Source: Octopus vulgaris (Eukaryota). From it: 64,000 nt of DNA. The notes below the pieces were generated by a model. It was not told the DNA's origin, did no database searches, and was given only the letters and a program-made list of their open reading frames with translations. Positions 36,836 to 49,780 of this stretch are shown here, piece after piece; the first letter of the stretch is position 1, and each line of letters begins with the position of its first letter. The stretch is taken from positions 118,234,001 to 118,298,000 of the forward strand of contig OX597816.1 of NCBI GenBank assembly GCA_951406725.2, read 5' to 3'. The translations under genes were made by a program, and so were the position numbers.

Positions 36836-36903
36836 CTCAATAACAACTCTTTCGGTAATTTTCGGTTAATCAATGCATCATCTTCACTGACAGACTGGGA
36901 GAC
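36836..36903 (-). CDS. FBXL20: FBXL2/FBXL20-like protein, first identifiable coding exon (F-box start), 68 nt
   Basis: Minus strand reads VSQSVSEDDALINRKLPKELLL(R), matching the FBXL2/20 motif EAxINKKLPKELLLR. Acceptor tttctAG, donor GTgag; phase 0 to 2. Confidence 0.95.
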
Positions 36904-37107
36904 CTAGAAAACATAAAAAGAAAAAAGGAAGTTAAATCTTTAAACAGGAAGTGAGAAGTACCTAAATACTAAGCACAGTAAGTCATATACAATGGTTTCA
37001 AATATGAACAGTTTTAGTTTGGTTTTTGTTTTTCTTTCTTCTTTCATTGCAAAGGAAATTTCATGACCTATCAGCTAAATTCATTTTCAGTAAATATCAA
37101 TCTCTCT

Positions 37108-37368
37108 ATTTGACAAATGTAGTCCTTGATAGACAAAAAAGACCGAAGGTCACAGCAAGATTGCATTAGCTGAGTCACAAATGGTTTGAGGGTTAAACAA
37201 CTATACATTTTTCCAGGTAGCAGATCTTGAATTGGAAGGTAAAACAATAAAAGTTTGTCATCAGTCACAGCTTCAAACTAGCTGTGACTAAGCTAACTCA
37301 ATCCTGCTTTGACTTTTCAGCTATGGCCATTGGTGTTTTTTGTCTATCAAAGACTACATTTGTTAATA
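37108..37368. repeat. Foldback element of about 260 bp (MITE-like)
   Basis: TTGACAAATGTAGTCCTTGATAGACAAAAAA... versus reverse complement TTAACAAATGTAGTCTTTGATAGACAAAAAA...; pairing continues inward across a short indel toward a central AGATCT. Confidence 0.8.
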
Positions 37369-38787
37369 CACACACACACAGTGAAGCAATAAGACAGACA
37401 GAGAGACAAACATAAACACTAATAAGGCACATACATACTCAACAGAGTACACGATAACCAGTCTTAGTGAGATGTTTTTCATCAAAAGTAAAAACAAAAA
37501 TTATGAATTACTGGAATCTATGTGACTGGCTAATACTTCAAGGCAGTGCCCTTGCATGGGCACAGTCCAATAGCTGAAGTCAACAGAAGTACATATCTAT
37601 AATAATAGTGAAAATTTGTCTGTCTATCTGGGACCCCTGTATCTCAGCCCACATTTGCCCTACATTATACTGTTTTGGAATCAGGATAAACCTGGGATTG
37701 AAAATCTGCCCGTCATTTGGTTCTTGAACATCCAGCATTGGGATCTGGCTTAAAAGCATTTGGGTTGCTATTTCTAGCAGGTAAAGCTTGGCCGACTCAT
37801 GCCATTTTAGTGGCATTTTGTCAGATGACGTCAGAGATCAAGAGGAAGATAAATGACATCCTCTTTATTTAATTTTATGTCAAGATAAGAACTATGGGAC
37901 AAATTGGCCAACAGTTGGAATTCAACTTGGGACTTGAACAACAGAATAATTGCATTACAGAATTAATTCTCATCTGTTCTTAACCTCTGATCGAGTACCA
38001 CCAGGGCATATAGTCATTATAAATGTATTATAGTGATGTTATTTAGGTCTCTTTAGGTTTGGGCTACTGGCCCAATTAGCACTCTGCAGGAGCTGGCTTA
38101 AAAGTCTGCACAGAGTGTGGCTCTTAAGCTAGTATAAAATATTTTCTTATATGCAAGCACATCACTGTCAAAATACTGTCTTCAATGATAGTGTGTTGCT
38201 AGTAATTATGCTTGAATTTGATATGAATTTATACTAATTCTAAAATTTAAAACTGTTTAACATCTTCATGGAACAACTGAAATACAAATTCAAAACAGAT
38301 GAATCCAATTTAGCTTCAGTACATACTCTCAATAATGGTCGAAAATAACGACATAGTAGTTTAGAGTTGGCAATTAGGTTAAAAGGAAAATCAAATACCA
38401 GTGTGTAAAGCTAGTGCTGATAGGGAGATGTTAATCTTGTGGTGGACATTTTGTAAGTGCTGCTGGTCTACACTGTAAAGTGGTTGGTAATAGGAAGGGT
38501 ATCGAATTATAAATCAATGTCAAAAAAGAATGAACTAATGGAGGAGATATTGACTCTATATATCTCATTGTAGGCAAATCAGCTGGAAGAACAGATATTC
38601 TGAATATAACCAGTAATGCAAGGTAGCAAGGGCTAATCGTTTTTTTCTATATAACAGTGGTATAATAAAAAGCATTCAGTCTATGTCACAAAGTTGTTGG
38701 TGACAGGAAAGGCTTCTGGCTGCAATGATCATGCCAGACACAATAAAGATGGCTGGATTTCTATTCTGTCAGACCAAAAGGTATTGC

Positions 38788-38831
<44 letters not shown>

Positions 38832-39833
38832 TCCAATGTCAGCATGGAAAAAGGAGATACAAAATCATGGTGATGACACCATAATGCAAATTTATGTCAT
38901 TTGATGTTACATTTATGTCATTTGATGCATTTAAATACTTAATCTAGTATCGAGTAGATTTGCCTCATGCAGTTTTTAAAGATTCAGCCCATTTGGGCAT
39001 TGCACTAATGAGCAGTAATCACACAGATACAACAGTATAATGAGGGTTGTCTATTTAATTTTTAAGATGTGTGTGTGTGTGTGTGTGTGTTTGTGTATAC
39101 CTTGATTTTAAAATAATTTTTGCAATTAAAACTAAAAGAAAAATACAGAAAATCACTAAAACAAGTTCAAATATATATTTTGTATAAGAATTAACTTGTG
39201 TGATATTTTATTTGATTCCACCCCCACTCTTCTACATCACTTCATTAGCTAGACCCCAAAGAGATATGTTGGTTACATGTCTAAAATGCTTAATCAACTG
39301 CAGAAGATACTGAAGCAAATGTAAAAGAAAGTTTAATCACAAAGATTGTGTAATGATCTATGGTAAGATAGTTTACTTGCTTCTTATAATTTAGTTGGGA
39401 AATACCAGTTGAGTGTCAAATAGTTTGTATTAATAATGACTTCTTGCACTGACACAAGACCACTAATTGACAGGAAAATGATGTAAGCAGTTAAACTAGT
39501 ACAAGATTAATATTTTGCATCTACCCAAGTCCTTACAAAAAAATGTCTAAAAAAAATTAAAAGATAAAGAGAGCCCCTACTGAATTCAAAGGAGTGAAAC
39601 TAAATACTGTTAAGTATTTAAATGTTAGCCCCATGGAACTACTCTGTCATTCCACTACTTTTACAAGGCATCTAACTGAATTATCATTTCAACCAATGAG
39701 TTTCATCCTTAGTCACTAACCAATAATGATGCAAGTTTCAAATTGATTAATCTAACACCAAATAGTCAATCAATTTCCCAGTCTAACAGGATTTGAAAAT
39801 CTTCAGACACTGCCCTTCTTTCTTAGACGAGTA

Positions 39834-39890
<57 letters not shown>

Positions 39891-40969
39891 ACGCATGCAT
39901 GTTGCATACCTGGTTAAATAAATACACAAATATACGAGAATTTTTGAAGAATGGATTTCAATTCACATTATTTTTAAAAGAACACTGAAAGCAAAATTGC
40001 AATTTGGTGAAATCATTTGAATTTTTCAAGTAATGAAAAGAATGAAGGCAATGCAAATTTAATTTTAAAAAAGGTGAAGAATAATTGATACTCCAATTTT
40101 AAACGGTTTCTGCATCTCCATGTATGCTCTGACATGTATGTGTTACATCTGTCTGTGTATATCTATATGTATGTGCATGCACTTCTGTAGTGATCAATGT
40201 CTGAACAGATCTGAATGTGTATATATGTGATGATGTCCGTGTGCATGTAATGTTTACATTCGTTTGCATGTGCAGCAGTGTGATGATGTAAATGAAACAA
40301 AATATATATATAAAAAAAAAACTCAATTGATTTATAGTTTGGACCACTAATACAATTTACTGGAGAAATTTAATTTCCTTCAAATAACCCAAGGTTAACA
40401 ACCTGTAATAACAGGCTTCACTCTCAAGCTTTACCAACTCGAAGAAATCGTTCAAGAAAAAGCAGGATGGAGCCTTGTTAGCAAACAATAGAAACAAACA
40501 ACCACAAAACCAGCATAAGAGAAAAACATGGAGGTATCATAAATTTAAATAAGAATTACAACATAATGACATTCTAAATAATCAAATTCTTATATAGAAA
40601 AAGTAAAATATTAAAAATGCATCAATCTAAAATCAAAGTAAGGTGGAATTAAAACCTAGAGGTGTCTAATTCACTATGATTTTACATCAATGTTTTTCAG
40701 AGATTGCAATAAACATTGATTGCATATCTCATACTCTTACTATTCAAATGTTGAATAAAAGCTAAATTCATTATCATTATTAACCTACATATCTTTTGCT
40801 TATAAGCAGATTTTGAAAAAACACACTACACCACAAAGTAGATATTTCTAAGCTAATTTCTCATTTGCTCAAGTTCTCATAATTTAAACCATCTGTGACT
40901 GTGTTGAAGTATTAAAATAATATTGATACTTTATTATCTACAAATTAAACACTAATTTTTACTAATAAG

Positions 40970-41166
40970 ACATGTGCCAATGCCAATGTAAAAAGCACCT
41001 GTGCTGGTGCCACATGAAAAGCACCCAACACATTCTGTAAAGTGAAGAAGAGCATACACCTGTAGAAATCATGCTAAATCAGACTGGAACTGGTCCAGTT
41101 CCCTATCATGCCAGCTCTGGTCAAAATATCTGACCCATGCCCATCACGGAAAACAGATGTTAAATA

Positions 41167-41205
<39 letters not shown>
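40970..41205 (+). mobile_element. Family C SINE 3' part with long (GAT)n tail
   Basis: AAAAGCACCCAACAC...AAATCAGACTGGA...CCCATGCCCATCACGGAAAACAGATGTTAAATAA(TGA)n. Confidence 0.8.
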
Positions 41206-41207
<2 letters not shown>

Positions 41208-41299
41208 GAAGAAGAAGAAGAAGACACTTCATCCAAAACAAGATTTCAGAAGAAGAAATATAAATTGTATATGTAAATACAGAATATATAACAGAAATA

Positions 41300-41620
41300 G
41301 ATGCAGGAATGGCTGTGTGGTAAGAAGCTTTCTTCTCAACCACATGGTTCCGGGTTCAGTCCCACTGCATGGCACCTTGGACTAGTGTCTTCTACTATAG
41401 CCGCAGGATGACCAAAGCCTTTTGAGTGGATTTGGTAGACAGAAACTGAAAAAAGCTTGTCGCATATGTATATTGCTTGACAACTATTGTGGTGTGCTTA
41501 TGTCCCTGAAACTTAGCAGTTCAGTAAAAGAATAAGTCCTGGGGAAGATTTGTTTGATTAAAGGTGGTGCTCCAGCATGGTCACAGTCAAAATAACTGAA
41601 ACATGTAAAAGAATAAAATA
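41300..41620 (+). mobile_element. Family A tRNA-derived SINE
   Basis: TGGCTGTGTGG (A-box-like), GGTTCAGTCCC (B-box-like), body, and tail CTCCAGCATGGTCACAGTC...ACTGAAACA.GTAAAAGA. Confidence 0.9.
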
Positions 41621-41845
41621 TAAAACTATGCTACAACAGGAATGATGAAAGATATCTTGATTTCTTCAGTTTTGCACTGGACCTTTTTTTTCTATGGTCT
41701 CTGCACTAAGTTGATGAAACTTTCTCCTAATAATGACGAAATAGTGATGACAGTATGAAAACTACAATCATATGTAAGACAAATGTCATTATAGACAGTA
41801 CCAAGACGAAGGAAAATGAGAGCATCTATTCGGGGTTACATCATA

Positions 41846-42234
41846 GGTGTAGGAGTGGCTGTGTGGTAAGTAGCTTGCTTACGAACCACATGGTTCCGGA
41901 TTCAGTCCCACTGTATGGCACCTTGGGCAAGTGTCTTCTACTATAGCCTCGGGCCGACCAAAGCCTTGTGAGTGGATTTGGTAGCCAGAAACTGAAAGAA
42001 GTCTGTCGCATATGTGTGTGTGTGTGTTTGTTTGTTTGTTTGTTCCCACAACATCGCTTGACAATCAATGCTGGTGTGTTTGTGTCCCTGTAACTTAGTG
42101 GTTTGGCAAAAGAGACCAATAGAATAAGTACTAGGCTTACAAAGAATAAATCCTGGGGTCAATTTGCTTGACTAAATAAAGAGTGCTCCAGCATGGTCAC
42201 AGTCAAATGACTGAAACAAGTAAAAGAGTAAAGA
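41846..42234 (+). mobile_element. Family A tRNA-derived SINE, best-preserved full-length copy
   Basis: GGTGTAGGAGTGGCTGTGTGGTAAG...GGCACCTTGGGCAAGTGTCTTCTACTATAGCCTCGGGCCGACCAAAGCCTTGTGAGTGGATTTGGTAG...(GT)n...CAAATGACTGAAACAAGTAAAAGA; retains CpGs. Confidence 0.92.
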
Positions 42235-42473
42235 ATTAAATATGTCATTAGTTCGAACACACACACACGCATAAACACACACACACACACACACACACAA
42301 AAGTGAGGTTATTCTTGTTGTCCATCAAGTGCCCACTAAATATCAAGGAAACCAATGCCCATTCACTGTTTTGTAAGTGAAACTTTTAGTCACTTCCTCT
42401 GCCCCAACTAACCATATGAACTGATTTAAAGAAATCTGAAAAGCCCATATTCAAGTACGTACGCTCGCGCGCG

Positions 42474-42518
<45 letters not shown>

Positions 42519-44334
42519 CTGTTGCTACCCAGAGTTACCATTGATTGCACAATTATATAAAAAGAAAATACACCCCAGTGAGAATGCCAGGCACATTTTG
42601 GCTTTTTGGACCTTTTCATTGACACATACTCACAACCAACTATATGCTTAAATGAGAATTAACCACTTTTTACATAAAACTGTAAATAAAACATTTACTA
42701 ATGTTGTAAGTAGCCCCCTTCCTGAATAAAAATCCAGTACAGGCAACTGAGGTAACATTAAATTAAAATAGCAACTCATGCATCATACTTAATGTATATA
42801 CATTGTGGTGTTTGTCCTAAAATAACATCTCTTATGGATGTGCTATATTAAAAACAACAAATATTGGAGGGAGCATGTCCATAAGAGATCTTATCTCAGG
42901 ACAGATACCACTGTGACTTGTCTATCAACACACAGAATTGTGTTTCAAGATGGATATCATTACAATCCTGAAGAAAAGTCAGTCGGTCTTCTTTCTTTCT
43001 TCCTTCCTTCCTTCCTTTCTTTTTTTTTTTCAATGAATGTGAGTAGAAGAATAACCCATTAAATTAACCAATTTGAGAGTAGCGACATTAATGTTAGGTA
43101 TGGTATTCATCATAAATTCAATAATAATCTCCCATAACAAGTCTACATCTGTACACACCAAGTGGTAAACATATATATGTGCATACATACGTGGAAATGA
43201 GGATATATTAGCCAACATAGTTCTTTCAAATCTACAGCTAACTGTCAACCAAACAATAAATGCCTACCCTTCTTCCACATTCTCTTCAATATATTCATTA
43301 TTGGAAATTTTTATTAAAGAAAAGAATTATAAAAATAACAAGAACAAAATGAAAGATATTTGATTCCATATTTTTAAAAATGTAGATTTGCTGTAAATAC
43401 CCCAGGATATTTTCTTAATCATGTGTAAGATAAATGTTTAAACTGACTTGAATATGATATTCTGGAATAAACCAATACCAAAATTTTCCCAAGTTGTCAT
43501 GCAACAGAGCAATGCAGAAAACTGGGGAGAAAAAAGAATGCCATAATGCAAGTACAGGAATATTTTCTTCAAAAGACAAGTTTAGTTCAAATAAATGCAT
43601 TGAAGCATGCAAGACACATTTTATCTTTAAAAGCAGAAACCGTTTTTTCCCCAATACCACTTTCTTTAATTTAGCATTTGTTTTTATTTATTTATTTGCA
43701 TATTCCAACAGATTTAGAGAGGAAAATTCCGTTTATCTACATAAATAATACCTCTTCTGCCATTGTATGTATTATGATGCAGAGTTGTAAGGATCTGGTA
43801 TGCAAGACTCCGTACTGTGTCTCCTCCATACTCAGCAGTAACTGTTTTACTTCCCTTCCTGCTATTCTGCTTGGGGAAAGCCTAAGTATCACAATTTCTA
43901 TTTCTCCAGCTGATGCTATATGTATTTCATTGTTTAAATTTCTGGTTGCTTAAATTTTGAATTTCTAACTTCAGTGAAGCTGGTATCACCAGGAATCCCA
44001 CTTTTGTAGATGACCCTTTGAGGAGTTTCTCCAATGGAAATGGTTAGTCACTCAATTTGAATATTATACACAGTGAAGTACAAACAAATCATATGCAGGA
44101 AATTTTATGATTCCTAATAATAACATAAGAAATAGCAGCCAAATCTTTTAAAGCACACCATAATCTGTAAAAATTAAAGGATGTGCCATAATGGTTAATG
44201 TAAACTTAGACACACTATTTAAGATGATATAGTCATAACTGGGACATCTTTGCTTATTTGTCTGCTCAATCATTACTAAACTTGGCTTAATAACAACTGT
44301 AATAATAACAGATTACTCTGATTACAAACAGACA

Positions 44335-44760
44335 GACAGAAAATGCAGAAGATGCGTAAAAGTTGGTGAGAAATGAAACAATGATATTCCGCTGGATGTG
44401 TACAATTAATGTGCATGAATGACAAGGAATAGATGAGCTGAGAGATAAACTGTAAGAGAAATCAGATATACTGTACAAGAGAGAAAGACAACTGCATTGG
44501 CATGGAAATGTAATGTGTATAGATAAAAGATGGATAAAGAAGGTCAGGAGATCTAAGTGGGAAGAAACTGTGGAAGAAGAAGACCAAGGAAGACACAGGC
44601 AAAAGTAGTGAAAGATGGTCTCAGAGTGTTAAACCTTAGGGAGCAGATGACAAAGGAATGCAAGAAATGATGAGATACTGTGTTAAAAGGGACCTGTGCA
44701 CTCATACAAGCAAGAAAGGGAACGTAGTAGTAATGATAATGACGGCAATGATGATGATAA
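44335..44760 (+). mobile_element. RTE-clade LINE 3' end (pseudogenised)
   Basis: Fragments LVRNETMIFRWMC, ELRDKL, LHWHGNVM and CGRRRPRKT match the RTE C-terminus (MLRW, RLRW.GHV, RGRPRKTW); followed by a short 3' UTR and a GAT-type tail. Confidence 0.85.
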
Positions 44761-47700
44761 CCATGATAATGACTTCAATAAGCTGCTTCTAAATCTCTAC
44801 CCACATCTGAATTAACATCAACTGATTTCATCTCTTTTTATTTTCATCTATAATATATCCCTCTTCTCTGCTTTGTTCCACAAATTACTTTTCCATTGCG
44901 GTGACTTTCCACCTTTTTTTTTTCCATTTGTATTCATACAAGTCCAGTAATAAAACTGATAATAATAACCCAGTAATATAATGCTGGGTGGTATGGACTA
45001 CAATTTTAAGAAAGACTTTCCTAGTACTGCTGGCAATATAAATAAGAGGGTCTGGTGCCAAGGAAGGTCACTGAGCAATAACAGAGCTTGGTGCCAGAAA
45101 TGTCATCATGCAATTAAAGCAAAAATTACTGTAAAATGAAATATCCAGCCAACCAATACAAGAATGCCACTGTGATTCTACAAAGGAGTAAACTGAAGTA
45201 GAAAAGACAAAACAAACTAAATATAAACTGCTATTTTTTGTTCTCCATGGAGAAAAATTATGTTTAGAACATAATTAAAAGGTTGTTTAACTCATACATA
45301 GGTTATACCAGTCTGTTATCATCCATTAGCAGCTTAAACCTTTTGTGTCCATATTTCTAGTGAAAATACACTGCTTGTGTATTCCACTTAACTTTAAAAA
45401 TAGTAAAGAATCTGAAAGGATTTTGTGTTTTGAAGATAACTTTGACAGTTTCAGTTTAAATATGAACATATTAAAATGGGATGTGTTGTATCCCAGAACC
45501 TGATACAGTGTCAAAGAGGTTGATATTGTAAGGATTAAATGATTCAGCAAAGGAATTTCTACGTAATCTCCAAAACAATGTGGCAGCAGTAAAATCTTTC
45601 ACAACAAACTCATTAAGCTGATAAACTCATTCTTTACCAAACCATAAAAATCTATAGTACTAGTTCTTTTGCCCAGTTTCCATAGCCTGAACTAGGGTGA
45701 TAAACTCAATCCATTAACAACTTTAACACCTGTCTTTTAGCACTTTAGTAGAATTCATTCAGAAAAGTTCTCCAGTCTGAAGACAACCTGCTCATAATGA
45801 TGTATTTCCCATCTTTCCCACCTTGAAAGTATGGAAAAAAGATCTCTACAGCTTCTATCCCTAAAAAAATGACTTGATTAGACAAGATCTTGCAACACCA
45901 CCATCACTATTAACAGATTAATACAATTTTTCACATAAGCATTATTTGGATAGATTTCCAGCACATTGACATATTCCTTTGTCATTTTACAAAGTAAGGT
46001 TAACCACTTGTATTCAATTTTCCCTGAGTGCAGCATCTACTATGATATACTAAAATACTTATATTCAATTCTATTCCACTCAACAGATACTGAGCAAACA
46101 CCAAAAGGCTCTGTAGCTTATTCAGAGTTCAACTTATACTCAGTCTACCATCTGATACACAGTCATATGGTTCCCTCAAAATGTTGGACTAAATCTGTTC
46201 CACATCAGTTATCGACAGATTACATAGTAAAACAAATTCAGAGGGAAAACAATTCCTAAGAGAAAAGAAAGTACTAGTTAAAAAAAATGTAAAGAAACAA
46301 CAAAAACCGTTTAGAAAGTTAAGTCAAAATGAGTCAGAGTATGACAGGAAAGAAAAAAGAGTTAATAGCTGGTTTACAAAATAGAATCAGATGACTAAGG
46401 ACAATAATTTCCACACAGACCAACATCTACTCTCTAAAATACTGCAATGTCAATATCCTGCTGTCAACAACCTATTTCACACACAATACAGGTAAACATT
46501 TGAAATTCCAAAGCTCTTACTGTTGGATAAAAAGTCTGGGCAAGCATTTACCTATGTCTGCACACAGATATTATATATTTGTAAGACTAGTTATACACAT
46601 ACTCATATGTATAATCAATTTTTAGAAGCATATACCTACACATTTTGTATGACACATTCCTTCTGCAAACTTACCTATGTGTGTATATGTGCACATGCAA
46701 GTGCAGTGCAAATCTCTCTTTCCTTCAATTACTTTCTCAGGATTCCTTACCACCCTTGTCCTATTTCTCTCTTCATTGACCTCCCTTTCTCCTACACCTT
46801 CCATCTATACTTACTCTTATAATGCAGGACAGCCTTGGATCCCCTTCTACAAAATGCACTTCACTGGCTTAAAATACATAGACCAGTAGAGGCATCAGCT
46901 GAATATTAACAGCACTGATCCAACTAGCCTGAAAAAGACTGTAAAGGCTATGAGCATTGCTTCCTCTTCCTTCGATTATGTAACATTCTGTATGTGTGTG
47001 TCTATCTCTATATCTATATCTATATATATGTATGTATGTATGTATGGGTGATGAAAGAAAAGCATGAAATTAAAATCTATGGAAGGACAAAGCAACAACA
47101 ACAAAAATACAGAAGCTTTGTCAGTAAGGAGGCTGGTTGGCAGAGAAAGTAAAACAAAATAGAAAATGTGATAATCAACTAATTACAAATCCTGGCCAGA
47201 AGCAAACAATGACTACACCAAATTACAGCTTGCCAAACTTCATTAACTATTACTACTGCTACTACACAGTGTAATAATGAAATGTCAGCCAAGCTAAATA
47301 CTTAGACTACAAGCGTAAATGTCACTTGTAACCAAGTGTACTCAGTGTGTGTGTGTGTGTGTGTGTGATATATATATATAATTTATATTTATGTATATAA
47401 TTTATATATTCATAAGTAAACCACACACACACACACATATATATATATACGTATATATATAATTTATATAGACAGACATTTAGAATGCATGGTGTGAGTA
47501 CACATACACAATCATGTGATAACTGAGTAAGAGTAAACTATTGACAGAGAAAAAGAGTTATGTTAGGAGTTCAATCCCTCAATGCAGCCAAGGTTAGTTT
47601 TTCTATTAAAGAACTATGAATCCTTTTACTGATACCATAGTCTTGTTTAGTCTCTGGTTACACTCACTGAAAAAAAACTATAATCAAATGCATTCCATCC

Positions 47701-47979
47701 ATGACCATCCCATTCTCTTGTTTCCCTTCAACTACATTATCAAATGTGTCATTTCTTTTAGATGGTAGAGTATGATCTAAGGGAAATCTGGTTGTTAATT
47801 CTGGCAAGTCAAACAACAACATAGTAACTCCCTCATTACTTGTACTGTGCTGTTGTTTAGCAATAGGTCAGACTAGGCTGAGCAAGTCCATGACAAAGAT
47901 GTTTCAGCAATGATTTTCCATTTCAGTTTGTATATTAGAGACAAAATTTTTCCAAGGTATCTTTATTTCTTTCTTTCTT

Positions 47980-48205
47980 TTAATCCTTTAGCATTGAAAA
48001 TGACTATATATGGCCCAAATATTCTACCTGTGTTATGTTCAAACTTGCCAACTCTGGCCTCTCACACTGACCCTACAACATCATTCTAAAAATAAACAAT
48101 CACATGATTGAAATCTCATTGCTATGAGATAATACGATTAATTCAAAACAATGTGAATAAATAAGCCTTACATTCTCCAGAGTCATCTTTATGCTAAAGG
48201 GTTAA
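47980..48205 (+). mobile_element. piggyBac-like MITE (family D)
   Basis: TTAATCCTTTAGCATT ... ATGCTAAAGGGTTAA. Confidence 0.8.
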
Positions 48206-48404
48206 AGGCAGTGTGTGTGATTTTAGGGAAATCTGTTTGAGTTTCTAGGGTTTATGATTGTGTGAACTACAAGGGAATATCTATGCAATTCAGGCAGAAC
48301 AAATAGTACAGTTTATTACTTGAGTTCAAATGTACCAATTTATTGGGTTTTTTCATGCCAATATTTAAATGTTTTTCTGATATACATACATGAAAGATTG
48401 GGAG

Positions 48405-48625
48405 ATACATGCAATCTAATGGTTAGTGTGTTGCTCCTGGACTGGGCAGTGTGTTATGTTCTCAAGCAAAACCCTTCATCCCACATTGCTCTGCAATCAC
48501 TTTGACATCAAATGTCTGGCACTTTGTGCACTTGTACAGGCAATGCCAATTTGATGGATGGAGGGAGTCGATGTACAACACAAACATTTGATCACTATAA
48601 ACAAACCAGCTGTGCAGGTTGTTCA
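48405..48625 (+). mobile_element. Family F SINE, degraded
   Basis: ATGGTTAGTGTGTTG...TGTTATGTTCTCAAGCAAAAC...CACATTGCTCTG. Confidence 0.55.
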
Positions 48626-48972
48626 GCACTCCATGTCACTGAGTTTCTCCTCACCTGTGGGTTTCTCACTAAAAATAACATATCACTTCTGCACCTGCCC
48701 TATTTGTCAGATGTAGCACCTCAAGATGAAAATGCAGCTCAGAGATTGCCATTTTAACACTGTTGTTGAGATCCAGAGTGAATTGCAGAAGGTCCTCGAA
48801 TCACTTACAGAAAATGACTTCCAAGCTGGATTTCAAAAGTGGTAGGAATGCTGGGACCAGTGTTTTGCTGCACAAGGTCACAATTTCGAAGGAGATGATG
48901 TTAAAACTTAGGTAAATAAGTTATCTTTTATTAGACATAACTAGTCCAGGAACCTTTTGATACCCTCTCGTA
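48626..48972 (+). mobile_element. Mariner transposase C-terminus and right TIR (fragment)
   Basis: FLTKNNISLLHLPYLSDVAP (HPPYSPDLAP-like), then after a frameshift KMKMQLRDCHFNTVVEIQSELQKVLESLTENDFQAGFQKW*ECWDQCFAAQGHNFEGD; ends TTTTGATACCCTCTCGTA. Confidence 0.9.
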
Positions 48973-49229
48973 AAATGCTCTGGAAATAAATAATCTTGCT
49001 AACAGACACTAGCGAATAAAAAAGATATTATTTCTTATGTAAAAAAAAAAAAAAAAATGTAATGAAAGTAAGAATACAGATGATGATAAACAGAGTAATA
49101 ACAAGAATAAAATTAGGTAGGGAACACATAATTTTTGAAGAAAAAGGAAACATTTTTTTTACTATGAAAATAAGAATCATTCATTAGGGCCTGTGAGTAA
49201 GTGCCAAGAATGAATGTAAGTTACTTCTC

Positions 49230-49780
49230 TATATGATGCTGATAATATCAACAATGACATAAGTGACAATAATGACATCATCTCCCTTAATGTCATTACT
49301 AACATTTTCCTTGATGTCATTACTGACATCAAGAAAGATGTCAGCAATGACATCAAGGAAGATGATAGCAATGAAGATAACTAAAAAAATAAAAGATATC
49401 AACAATGTGTTGACAACGATAGTAGTGACAATGATAATAATGCTGTTCATGATGATAATAGCAATAATAGTGATGATGGAATGACAATAGTAATAATAAT
49501 GTTAATTGTAATGATAATAGTAACAATGGCAATAATAGTGTGCATGATGACTACAAGAGTCATTGGTGATAATGACAACATTGGGAATAATTATGTTGAT
49601 GGTGATAATAGTGGCAAAGACAATGATGGTGATGACGGTGATAATGATGACAACCGTACTGATGATGATAATGGCATTATAGTCATTATTCATAACGGTG
49701 ATGTTAGTGATGTGATATTAAGTTGTTCAGTCATACAAATGTGGTGATAATGATAATGATGATGATTGCAATGACATTAA
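49230..49780. repeat. Degenerate (GAT/AAT/GAC)n low-complexity tract
   Basis: Eroded trinucleotide repeat that generates the M/I/D/N-rich ORFs. Confidence 0.85.

Noticed and set aside
40435-40480. Candidate upstream FBXL exon ending ...NDFFEL/GTAAAG in phase 0
   Set aside because: No in-frame ATG before an upstream stop, weak acceptor, and no similarity to FBXL2/20 N-termini that I recognise.
41846-41920. tRNA-like A and B boxes
   Set aside because: SINE heads continuing into repeat bodies; no complete cloverleaf, so not tRNA genes.
49177-49747. Cluster of M/I/D-rich ORFs
   Set aside because: Products of an eroded trinucleotide tract on both strands.
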